A stretch of 60,787 bases of DNA, the filler included, from Porpidia crustulata (Eukaryota), in the NCBI GenBank assembly GCA_964255105.1. It is 6 parts of 6 records of this genome, joined end to end, with 100 filler letters (N's around TTAATTAATTAA, not from the genome) between each part and the next. Parts side by side here need not be neighbours in the genome. Positions count along the whole stretch, not along the records: positions 40,607 to 50,647 come from CAXUWE010000846.1; positions 50,748 to 60,787 come from CAXUWE010000847.1; 4 more parts are not named here. One strand, given 5' to 3'. The notes below the pieces were generated by a model. It was given only the letters and a program-made list of their open reading frames with translations, did not search any database and had not been told where the DNA came from. The position numbers were made by a program, and so were the translations under genes. This document shows, piece by piece, positions 48,071 through 58,809 of the stretch (within the stretch, counting starts at the first letter, position 1; each line of letters begins with the position of its first letter).

Positions 48071-50647
48071 ATGATGGCTGGGGTTAAGCCAAGACCAGAG
48101 GTGCCACGGGTGTCGTCTGGATACACCCCACTGAGTGTTTGGGATCGGATGCGCCAGATGGAGAAGAAGAGCAAGGTAAATAATTCAATTGGCCTACGCT
48201 TGAGCTTCAGCACTCGTCTTACTGCGTACCCTTATGCACAACCCATCGTGTTCTATAAACTAGCCCTGAGCTGGGTCGCAGCTCGCCATATAGCATTGGA
48301 CTTCTGTGTAAAGCTGCGACACAATAGTTCACGGGTTCGGATTTCAGCGGTGCTGACACGATGCTATACAGGAAAAGCGCCTTTCGTCTCTCAACCCGAC
48401 ACGAAGAATGACGGAACATTTAGATTCTGGAGACGCCCCGATAGCCCCAGCTGCGCCGATGTTTGCTCAAAGACTATCTCCACCCAAAGCGGCACCACCT
48501 CTACCCCGATCACAGACCGAGCCAACCTTGTCGATCGATGCGCAACTTGCAAATCGAGGTGCATCGGCACAGGGGAGGTTAGACCGAAGTATGAACGATG
48601 ACGACGATCGTTCATCAATCGTCAATTCTCCGAGCTGGTCCGATCATGGATTCAAGGAAAAAAAGATTGAGAAAAAGAGATTGGAGCGCGAGAAAAAGGA
48701 GCGGGAAAGGCAGCTGAAGAAGGAAGAAAAGCGAAAAGCGGCAGAGCTCAAGAACGCAGGAAAGCGCCTGAGTAAGCAACCACCGCCGGCGGCCATGGAT
48801 ACCCAAAAGCTGCCTTCAGGCCTGAGGAGAAACTCCTTAGCCTCCGTGTTCTCCACGCGCTCGCAGTCGCAGGACAACTCTAGGAGGTCATCTCAAGAAG
48901 AGAAGAGGGCGTCAAGTTTTTCGTTTGGGTCCTTCAAAGATAAGCACTCGAATTCCACTCCAGCAAGTAGCACTGAGCTATCGCCAGATACTGTGGAGCA
49001 ATATCGCTCCGTCGTGGGTGCCGCTGCGCCTCAGCTTCCACAACTCCCACAAATCCCCTTATTCCAAGGCTTAGGCTTTCATTCCCGCAATGGCTCTTCC
49101 GATACCGATAGATCTAAGTCGTTTGATAATGATAACGCATTTGAAGAACAACTTGCCCGATTTTCTCAGAAGATAGGCAAGGATGCCGCGAGCAAACTCA
49201 ACAAACAAATAGACTTTAGTAATAGCAAAGAGCTCGAAGCTTTCATTGCGCCCATTTCCAATACAAGATCCAGCACCCGGCCGCTAGGAAGGAGTCAGAC
49301 GGACACGGATTTGCTAAAACTCGGGCCAGCCCCCAAAACAGATACAGACCGACACCAAGCGCCCCAGATCAAGCCTGAAAGGCCCGCTTCAAAGACTGAT
49401 GCAGAACGACTTCAAGTGCCACATGTCAAGCCTGAGACAGTAATTAAGCCTAAGGAAGGGCGCAATTTGCAAATAAATACAGATCGACATCAAGCACCAC
49501 ATCACAAGCCCGAGACTCCTGTCTCAAGGGGAAGCACAGAACGGCTTCAAGTGCCACAGATCAAGTCTGATAAGGAGAATTCCTCGCGCAATGATGATGC
49601 AAGCCGATCCCAAGCGCCACAGACCAGTTTTGAAAAGGAAATTGAGTCGAAGATCAACACAGAGTGGCAACCGATACAAGTGAAGTCTGACAAAAGGAGG
49701 GATAGCAGAGCCAATAGCAAAGAGGAAGTCTCCAACAGTAACTCGCATCAGACACGAGAGGTTAAACCAACAAACAACGTAGATAGCAGCAAGACTGAAC
49801 AGACTCAGCGGGTACTCGATGTAGGGGAGAGCAAGACTGACAGCCGTTTTGATAGACTGAACCGAGCTTACTGTACCAAATCCCTGGCCGTGTCCACCAC
49901 GCGCAATATCCTGCCAAACATTACACAGCTGGCTCCAGGAAGACCATCTTTAGACGGTAGCAGCTATGTCCATAGGTACCGAATGAACATCCAACGGTCT
50001 TCGATTGCCGGTTTCCAAGCCGAGCAAGCTGTGATCGCAGCTAACGACCAAATTCCAGAGGACAACATTCTGCAATTGAAAGACGTGCCTTCCCAAACGT
50101 CTTCTAATGGCTCTACAGATCTAGTCAAGCGACACCCAAGGAGAGTATCCTTTACAACCGAAGCGGTGATCACCGCAACAGAGAAAGCCATTCGAGATAG
50201 GCAAGGGGATCCAACTCCTGAATATCTCAATGATGGTCAATATGCGGTGATCTACGGTAAAAACCATGGACCTGGTATATTAGCGCCGCCTTATCGACCG
50301 CCTAAGAAGCCGATTCCTTCACCTGTCAAAGCAAAGACTATCGAGAACAAGCCGAATCCACCGGAAAGTCCCAGGTCACCCAAGGGTTCCAGTGAGTTAG
50401 TCTTGAGGTCTGCTAAACTTGAACACAATGAGGAATCTCACTCGGAAACTTCATACAACGGCAAAGCCAGCGCGCAAAGGGAGTCGGTCCTAGAAGCGCC
50501 AAAGGCGTTCAATCACTCCAGATCCCGCACCGCATCCTCCCAACTATTCAACGACAACTTTTCCCCGCAAATCCGGCCCCCATTCGCCCCAACCGAACGC
50601 CCACAATCAGACAGTCGAATCCCACCTCTTGCCCCTCCCTCCACCCC
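48071..50647 (+). CDS. large low-complexity/disordered protein of unknown function, 3' end cut by contig end
   Basis: Exon 48071-48175 is joined in frame via a 196-nt GT-AG intron (48176-48371, with CTGAC branch site) to the long ORF. Contains a K/E coiled-coil patch, S/R-rich stretches and internal repeats; open to the pad. Confidence 0.8.
49335..49720 (+). repeat. degenerate intragenic tandem repeats (~19-28 aa units)
   Basis: Units: TDTDRHQAPQIKPE / TDAERLQVPHVKPE / NTDRHQAPHHKPE / STERLQVPQIKSD / DASRSQAPQTSFE / NTEWQPIQVKSD. Confidence 0.75.
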
Positions 50648-50747
50648 NNNNNNNNNNNNNNNNNNNNNNNNNNNNNNNNNNNNNNNNNNNNTTAATTAAT
50701 TAANNNNNNNNNNNNNNNNNNNNNNNNNNNNNNNNNNNNNNNNNNNN
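50648..50747. other. artificial contig-joining pad
   Basis: N44-TTAATTAATTAA-N44. Confidence 0.97.
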
Positions 50748-51518
50748 CCCCCGAATCTAGCCATTGTAACCGCCCTACCAAGCAATAGCGCACGCCTGAC
50801 CCTTAGCGTCCCTCCATCCAATAGAACCGACATGCGCCATGGCGTCCGCCTCCACCGTCCCAAATCTCTCCAACCGAAGTGTGCCAAATTACAAATCGAG
50901 GGACACGAATACACAGTACACGGACCACGGCACCACGCAAATACCCACCGAGGTGGAAAGTAATGTGGGAAGTTTCGGTCACCAGGTGGCTTGCGTCCTG
51001 GTGGATTTTTCCCCGTAGTAACGGCCCTACTTTGGCGCCCTGGCGCGTCGCCAACGCTGCTGCCTCGTTCGGGGTGCCGTTGCGAAATATGCGATTCAAG
51101 GGAATCGAAAAACTTTGTTGAAATTAACCATGATTTCCCGGCTGGCTGTCGTCAAGCGGTGGTATATAGGGTCGGAAATGACAACCATCATTAGTATTCT
51201 CCCACGGTCATGGTCCAAGCCAGCCGTTGGTGGAAGGTAGACTCGCAAGCCATGCAACGGTTTGATGAGATATGTCGAGCATGAGCGGTTCTAACGTGGA
51301 AAGCTCTATCCTAAATCCCTTCCTGTATCCCCTCCAATGTCCCTAGCCCTTTCCCTCGGGAAACGCATGCACCAGCCAAGGGAAATGCGACGCCGCAAGC
51401 CAGTTTCCCAACCTGCGCTTGATGCTTGATGCTTGATGCACCGACTGCTGAACCCACCCCGTTGCCTTGGTCCCGACGCCTGACATGCAAGTGATCCCGA
51501 CTCCCCCCGCCATCGCAG

Positions 51519-54500
51519 CTAAACTCGACTTTCCGCAAAATCCACCACCTCGCAATCGTCCTCGAAAAATTCCCCGTCGTCCCCTTCCGCCACATCTCCT
51601 TTCTTGCCTCGTCTACGCCGTGTCGTGACCACAACCTGCTGCCCTTCTTCTTCGTTGCCTTCGTAACTGATGAGATTCTCCATTGGACCTGCCCCCGCCT
51701 GATAGACGTCTGCGTCCGTATCGTGAACGGCCATGCTGACATTTGCTTTGGTGGCGGCTATATACTCCCCAAAAGCCCAAGGACTGGCATCGTGAAGATG
51801 GTGCATTCCGGTGTTGGTTTCATTATTGTAAACGTAGAAGTTTATACGGCGGTCGGTGTGGAAAGGTTGATAGGGCGCATTCGTTTCGATTTCGGCGCAG
51901 GAAAGCGGGTGTGGGTTGTTTTTGGACGCTTTGGGATCGTGCCCGGATGCAGGGGAAAGCCAATACCCGTGAGGAGATGTAGTGCTTTGGTTTGCATTGT
52001 GGTCGAGAGTTGACCTATTCCTGGATGCATGTTCAACGGAGCCTCCGGTAGCAGTAGGTACGCCATACTCGATCGGTTTCCGGCCGACCACCGAGGGACC
52101 CCTATGCCCACCTTTCTCGATGCTGCTCTGCTGGACGGGATAGATTCTTACGAGATCACCACCAGTCACCGCCAAATGTCCATGGTTTTTCCCTCCAAGC
52201 CACCTTATACAGCCGGGGACGATTTTCTGTGACATCCCCGGCAGAGTCAAACGGTTCTCTCCTCTGTGACGTATTGTGTTAACGGTGCCCGCAGCGGCAC
52301 CTACTGACTTATTAAAGCTAGCTGCAACGACCTTGGAACCTTTGACGCCAGCACCAGCGGTGAAGCTCAGGCCACCGAAACCCGAGAATGGATTGCTAGC
52401 AGGGCGGCCGCGAAAATTAGCCAGTAATGGTTGCGTCTTGCCAGCCACCATGTCCAGCGCTCCACTGAAAGTATTACTCGACGACGACCTTGGTCGCAGA
52501 GTGTGATCCAGATCATGATCAGCTACATTGGGAGTGTTTGGGCCAGCCCTAGCTTGCATAACCCGCCGCGACGGTGGCCATTGGAAAGCGGAAAGCGGTA
52601 GATCATGCACATGAACAGTACCTCGTTCTGTTACTAATGCAAATCTTTCTCCCCTTGGCTCCGTCCAAGCTACATCCACACTGCGGGCTTCTGTCAATCT
52701 GCTATAGCACGCGATTTGGCGGACACTCGATCCGTTGTGGAGTGTTCTGCCGGATATGTTTTGATCTCCCGATGAAGTTATGTTTGGACCTCCATGTACC
52801 ACACGCATCAAATCCCAGATATGCTGAACGTCGCCCTTTGCGCTTGCCGTGAGTAAGCCTAGTCCGTTTGGGATAAACGATACCAAGCTGCACCCATTCG
52901 GTAACGAGAACGTAGCGATTGGCTGTAGTGCTATGGCTGGCTTCGAGTATTGGTTTTCTGAAAGCTTCTCCAGATCTATGATTGACACTAACGCCGGTCG
53001 ATTACTGGTACGAGCAGAAATTTCTTCATGTGCATGCGTCGGTGGAAAGGCTTGGTGCATCTGAGGCATTGTTGTACTCCTGGGGAATGAATTTGGGTTC
53101 GTCTGGGCACTCTGTTCGGGTGGCTTCCAGTAATTGTTCCAAACCTGTAATCCCTGGCCGCCGACCCACTTCGCGATCTTGATAGACTCTTGTGTGGCGT
53201 CGCGCACCACTTTGTTGATGACACTCTCCGGATTAGGTGTGTCAAGTTCACAATTGACCTGAGGCTCCGCAGCTGGAGCGTGAGAAGTAAGCCCAGGTGG
53301 TTTTGAAGATGGCGCTTTAGCATCCACAATTCCGTGTAAAGTGCTTTGTGAGGAAGCTGTTGGGGGCAATATGGCCAGCCATCGATGGCTAAGGGAAACA
53401 ATGGCCGAACTTGGTCTGTCGAACCGTGTAGGGGACTGATCATGGAGACTCCCTCTCTCAGATGAATTTGATGAAATTGATGAGCTGCGCGGTTTTCTGT
53501 GAGATGTCTTAGTCCAGACCTTCCCTATACACTGAAACGTGCAAGTCAAGGTATCTGCTGTGTTTGTATTGCTCTGAAAAATAAAAACCTCCCCACTTGT
53601 GCCGGAGCTTATGATGATGAACCTTCCATGGGCTTGGATGCTTAGGTTTTCATCCGGTAAAGGCTTAATGGGCCGATAGTCGATGCGCGATATTTCCACT
53701 GGTTGTTTTGGACCTCGAAACAGCGTCGCAACGTACTCACCTCTTTTCAAAGAGAAGACCTCCACCGTCGTTTGGTAATGCGTGGCGACGCCAGGTCCGG
53801 CTGTATCCGCGGAGTCCAAAGCTTGAAGCATCGAGTTTGAGGGATCGAACAAGTCATCTTCGTCATGGTTCGCCCCAGATGGGGAGCGAACATCTGACTC
53901 CGACGGAGCACAAGGACCATGGACAATTATCGCGATCAATGGTCGCGAAGAGCGCACTGGATCGTCTCTCATGGTGGATGGTATTATCTTTGCGCCGATG
54001 ACGGTTCCTCGTAGACCTCCGAGGCTACCAATACGGCTAAAATGGCTCTTGTCAACGCCGTGGACATCTAATCCATGTTCATGCCCAACAAGAAGCACAT
54101 TTTCCGTTGTTCTCGAGCCTTCCTCGCCCGCGGAAGCAAGACTGTCGAGCAGGCAGCAAGACACATCATCGGCTTTGTGGTCCTCCTTGTTTGAATTAGA
54201 TAGGCCAAAGTCGATTTGCGGTGCGCCATAATAGTGAGCTTGAGGCTGATGAGGTAGCGGAGGTTGTTGCGAATGTTGCGAATGCATTGAAACGGGCCTT
54301 GCTCTTCCCGGTGAGGTGCCTAGGTAGCCGAAGCTCTGATACCCGTTGTTCCGCGGTGCAAGTTGCCGAAAAGCAGCGGATGGTGACGTTGGTGGGGATG
54401 CATGGTGGAACCCTCCCCGCAGCTCAGCATTTGGCTGGAGGGGTTTTGAGGGTGATCCTGCTACACTAACTCCATTGCTATGTCCGCCTGGGGGACTGCT

Positions 54501-54954
54501 ACCGAAAGGAATATCCTTGGCCCAATCGGTGGTTGTTTGTGGTGGAGGGATTGGGTCATTCGTAACCGGTAAAGTGCCTAAGGCAGCAAGGACTGGCGAT
54601 GATATGCCATTCGTTGTTTTTGTGGGAGGAGAGCTTGAAGCCTGGAGCTGAGAGAGCAACGATAAGGGAGAGGTCCTTGAATGCCAGTCAGCTTCGAACT
54701 CGATGGTGAAATCTGGCCGAGCCTATCTTTAAAAGGGCTGATAGCATTCTGGGGCTAACGTACACGTCTCTCGACAATACAGCCGGAGTTCTTTCTTTGT
54801 TCCCATTCTCGCCTTCAGGTTCGTACTTTCTTCTATTCTTTTTCTGACCTTTACGACTACCTGATCGCTCCTTCTGAGACTCTTCTTGAAGGTATGGGTT
54901 CAAGTCTACAGCTTGCTGCTGATCGATGGGGGGTGATTCCCACGATGAGGGCAT
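51519..54954 (-). CDS. BCAS3-like WD40/PROPPIN-related protein
   Basis: Short first exon (MPSSWESPP...) spliced in frame to the 1046-codon ORF. Motifs LSHRWLA, VSIIDL, SLVSFIPNGLGLLTASAKGD, ALVTERGTVHV, AEIETNAPYQPFHTDRR, acidic C-terminus FFEDDCEVVDFAESRV*. Confidence 0.8.
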
Positions 54955-55855
54955 TCAACTTTATAGCACAGGTCTGATTTGACAGGTATGTTCTATAAGG
55001 GTCTTGTAGAGTATTCCAAGTGTTAGTGCATGGAATTTGGCCGAAGTCGTCGACAGATGGAAGAGATGGGTACCGATAATGCAGCTGGATAGCAAGGCCT
55101 GACCAAGCGGATGGTGTGTGACAGGTTCAATGTTGACAATAGTGATCGTGACGTATGCTCGCGTGTTTTGAGTTTTCTGTTCTGTCACTCCTCAGTGATG
55201 AGACCGGTTGTCAGATGCTACAGCTGGCTTATATGACAGGACAAAGCAAAGAAGGCTCAAGCTTCAACGCGATGACAGCGGAGTGGGGTGTCGTAAGCAA
55301 TCACCATGTGTTGTAAGTATTCGGATTCACAAGTACAGTACAGTCTGGGCAGGATGATTTTATATAGGTATATGCATCTGATGTTATACAAGGTGGTCTC
55401 AATCAAGAGCTTGGAGCTTTGGGGGGGGGGTTTTGATATGCTAGAAGCGGAGTCGACGAACTACAGCAGGTACTGTACTCGGCCTGTTGCGGTGATTGAG
55501 GGGCAGGCACAGGGGTACGAGTGAGTAGGCTGGTCTGGACATGCACAATGACAACAAGCGACTGCATAAACGGGGTTTATGCAAAACATAAAGGATATAA
55601 GCACATAAGTAACCACTCACCCACCACCACACAACAGATAAGCTCACGGAGAATCCTCAGCAACTCCATGGCATTCGTTACGGCACAGCAGAAGCCTGTT
55701 CTTGATATAACATCGATTTCTTGAACTGCCGGGGTAGAAGATATAAATACAACGGCACAACTTCCCGCATGCGAACTATTCGCTCTCACTTTGCTTCGCT
55801 TAAAATGGATGACTAGACACCTGAATAATCCACAAATCTCAAGTCATTATTTGGA

Positions 55856-58144
55856 TTAGCTGTGACTGCGAGCACGTCGATTACGTGGAGGTGTTAAAGA
55901 CCGCGAGATCGAACGGCCGCGATGATTGCGAGGAGGGGTTCGCGAACGTGACAGCGCCCGCCTGCGGCGATCACGTGGAGGAGTAGGAGAACGTGGCTCA
56001 TTCCGGCGACGGTTCCCTCGCGAGCGTGACCTAGATCGGGAAGCTGAAGCTGGCTGACGTCGATTTACATGACGGGGTGAGGGCGAGCGGGAACTTGTGT
56101 AGGATCTGGATGACCGACGGCGAGCACCACGAGTACGTGATGGTGATCGTGATCTTGAGTATGACCTCGAAGATCCGGTGTAGGATGAATAACTTGATAC
56201 TGAACTTCCCGATTCTGAACTTCTCGATTCTGAACCAGCTCTTGGTGGCGGGAGTACAGCCGCTGGCTTTGGCACATTCTTCAAATGCTCCCTCATCTCT
56301 TCCGTGATACCTCCCATCCCGATACTCGTAAAGTAATTAATCGAGAAGCGCGTATTTCTTGGGTTATCGGTAGGGAACAAGCCTTCGTAATTGGAACGTT
56401 GGAAGTCGTCCTTCAGACGAGCCTGCAACTTCGCCATGCCCAAAGCTTCTGCGAGATCTTGAAATAGGATCTTGACGAAGATACGGCTGCTGGAGGTAGT
56501 CTCGTCCTCGTTCAAATGGATGATCGACATGACATGCCAGCCGATGGCATCAGAGCTCAGCATGTGGCCAAAGAATCGCGCTATATTACGGAGCCGATTC
56601 GTCTCAAAGCGATGAATCGTGTCATAATATTTGGCAAAAGATGCCTCAAATAACTCGGTCCAGAGGCGGTTGAGTTTAGCAAATCGCTCGCCGACTAGTC
56701 CGAAGAATTTAGAGTACGTACGCTCTTGTGAGCAACATTCAACAACCATAGACGGCAATTCGGGTTCCTGGCCAGGCGGCAGTGTAACCTTCATGAGCTT
56801 ATGGCAGCATTCTTCGAAATCAATGCTTGACATGATCGTCAAGTATATGGTTCTGCGCAGATTGACCAGGTCTGTGTTGGTCTGGTCTTTGATCTCGAGA
56901 TTCTGTTCCTCCTTTGCTTCCTCGTTCTCCGAACTTTCATCTGAACCATAATCCTCATCATCACTTCCCTCAGCTTCACCTAAGATCTCGGCTTTGAGTT
57001 TCTTATATGCCTCCTCGTTTTCTTCCCATTGCGGATCGAGCTTGAAGACATTCAGCCCATCTTGAACATCGATGTCATCATCTAGAACCGTTTGATGGGT
57101 GATTTGGTCTTCTTCTTCCACCAAATCTAGCTCCTCCTTGATGGCTGGATTATCCTTGTATTTGTCCTTACGAACCTGAAATAGAACTTCGATCATGTAC
57201 TGGACTCGCTTGTCAATATCCTGCTCATGGAGGATACTCCTGAATTGGTCGAAAACGGCGAGCGCAATTTTCGGGTTCATCTCTTCAAGATGCTGTCCAA
57301 TCTCCCTTGTCAACCCAACGGCGATCTCCACACTGTCATCCGTAGGCTTATTCAATAGCAAGAGCAAAATTTGAGCTGCCACCATTTCGTGTGTGACCTG
57401 TTGGTTGCACAAGTGCGCTATGAACATAGTTGAAGAAAGACAGACGGCCTTGTCATTTCGCTTGTAAGCTTTCTTGAATTGCACAATAAGGCGCTTGAGC
57501 AGTAATTCCCCAACTTGAGGTAATTTTGTATTGACAATAGCAGCCATGGCAGCGTAAATTGGTGTAAACGGTAAACTCGCAGCCTGTGCTTTCATTATAC
57601 TCCTGCAAAACAGGCCCCGTCCCCGTATCAGGTTTTCCCCAAACAGCTCAGGTACGATGTACTTGATATTTGAAACGTTGATCTTATTGATGAGACCGTT
57701 GAGAGACTTCTTGAGCGCTTCCCATGCCATCCGTTGGTACTCTTTGCTCTTCTTGTCTGTAATTTGCGCTTGCAGAGCTCGCAGTCTGGCTGGTGGAATG
57801 TAGGTGCCTCCAGATCGCACGTTCAGCAATTTCTCATACTCTGCTTTTGCAGCGGCTTGCTTCTCTTCTTCATTCAGGGGTTTTGTTGGCTGCTCATCTG
57901 GATCACGCTTTCGTAATCGTTCTGTGAGCTGACGTTCACGCTCTTTCGCACGCTGTGGGTCCACATCTCGAAGTGCTGGTCCCGTTCGAGCTTCTCTTCG
58001 AGGTGGTGAGCGGCGGCGGATAGGTGACGGCGAGCGCGATGGAGGTGAGCGCTTTCGACTGAACGAAGAAGGATCTACGGGTGGAAAATCCGGATACGCA
58101 TCTAGTGGTGGTGGAGTTGGGAGACGGACGGCGGACTGCATCAT
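55856..58144 (-). CDS. CWC22: pre-mRNA splicing factor Cwc22 (MIF4G + MA3, RS-rich termini)
   Basis: RSGGTYIPPARLR, YQRMAWEALKKS, ELFGENLIRGRG, LRRTIYLTIMSS, ECCSQERTY, NTRFSINYFTSIG; intronless 762 aa. Confidence 0.97.
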   Translation of the reverse strand: MMQSAVRLPTPPPLDAYPDFPPVDPSSFSRKRSPPSRSPSPIRRRSPPRREARTGPALRDVDPQRAKERERQLTERLRKRDPDEQPTKPLNEEEKQAAAKAEYEKLLNVRSGGTYIPPARLRALQAQITDKKSKEYQRMAWEALKKSLNGLINKINVSNIKYIVPELFGENLIRGRGLFCRSIMKAQAASLPFTPIYAAMAAIVNTKLPQVGELLLKRLIVQFKKAYKRNDKAVCLSSTMFIAHLCNQQVTHEMVAAQILLLLLNKPTDDSVEIAVGLTREIGQHLEEMNPKIALAVFDQFRSILHEQDIDKRVQYMIEVLFQVRKDKYKDNPAIKEELDLVEEEDQITHQTVLDDDIDVQDGLNVFKLDPQWEENEEAYKKLKAEILGEAEGSDDEDYGSDESSENEEAKEEQNLEIKDQTNTDLVNLRRTIYLTIMSSIDFEECCHKLMKVTLPPGQEPELPSMVVECCSQERTYSKFFGLVGERFAKLNRLWTELFEASFAKYYDTIHRFETNRLRNIARFFGHMLSSDAIGWHVMSIIHLNEDETTSSSRIFVKILFQDLAEALGMAKLQARLKDDFQRSNYEGLFPTDNPRNTRFSINYFTSIGMGGITEEMREHLKNVPKPAAVLPPPRAGSESRSSESGSSVSSYSSYTGSSRSYSRSRSPSRTRGARRRSSRSYTSSRSPSPRHVNRRQPASASRSRSRSRGNRRRNEPRSPTPPRDRRRRALSRSRTPPRNHRGRSISRSLTPPRNRRARSHS

Positions 58145-58431
58145 TCTGGCGAGAGGTTTCTAGCCTGGTGACGGAGTTGAAATTTCATGCAGATATCGTA
58201 GGTGGCTTTCTTGTTCAGGTATATTTGCTTGTACGTGACGTTAAGGGCAAGTGAACTCTCGATCGAAATTTAGGACTGGGGAGTGGTGGAGGGCACATCT
58301 TGCAAGTAGCGTGCCCAAGAATATCATATGGTGGACATTTTCCGCGTAGGACAATCCTCACCACAAGTCATTGCTTGACATTAAATAAATAGTTATATTG
58401 ACCACACTCCTTACAAAACCTAGAAGTAACA

Positions 58432-58809
58432 ATGGTACGCGCACATAATTCCCCTCATAAACTCTCCAGCTAATGTGTCTCAAAGCTCGACCAGCTTGCG
58501 GGCCTCGCCATGCTCATTGTAGCCTCCACCGTCTTCCTTTACTACAGCACCTGGACCCTTCTCATGGTACCTTCGACCAGTCTTTCAGCTAAGGAACTAA
58601 GCGCTAACACCTGATAGCCTTTTGTTGATCCAGGCCATCCTCTCCACGACTTCTTTCCACCTCGGGTCTGGGCTATACGTATACCCGTAATTCTGATTCT
58701 ACTGGGCTCGGCGGTGGTGGGGAGTTTCTTAAGTATGGTTATGATAAGGAGTAATAGAAAGAGAGCTGCAAAGGCAAAGGTAGTAGCTGCGGGGAAGAAG
58801 AAAGCCTGA
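58432..58809 (+). CDS. DPM2: dolichol-phosphate mannose synthase regulatory subunit (91 aa), absent from ORF track
   Basis: Exons 58432-58434 (ATG only), 58486-58566 and 58618-58809: MLDQLAGLAMLIVASTVFLYYSTWTLLMPFVDPGHPLHDFFPPRVWAIRIPVILILLGSAVVGSFLSMVMIRSNRKRAAKAKVVAAGKKKA*. Divergent from CWC22 across 287 bp. Confidence 0.93.

Noticed and set aside
10058..50747. Regularly spaced TTAATTAATTAA palindromes as a biological repeat or CRISPR-like array
   Set aside because: Each is embedded centrally in Ns within an exact 100-bp pad; assembly linker.
50748..51194. Cys/His-containing ORF fragments after the pad as a continuation of the 48071 gene
   Set aside because: Different contig; the frames are short and inconsistent and lie in the 3' flank of the BCAS3-like gene.
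10486..58809. Apparent clustering of ER-related genes (EMC1, HRD3, DPM2, DUF1295)
   Set aside because: They lie on four separate, artificially joined contigs; no physical cluster can be inferred.
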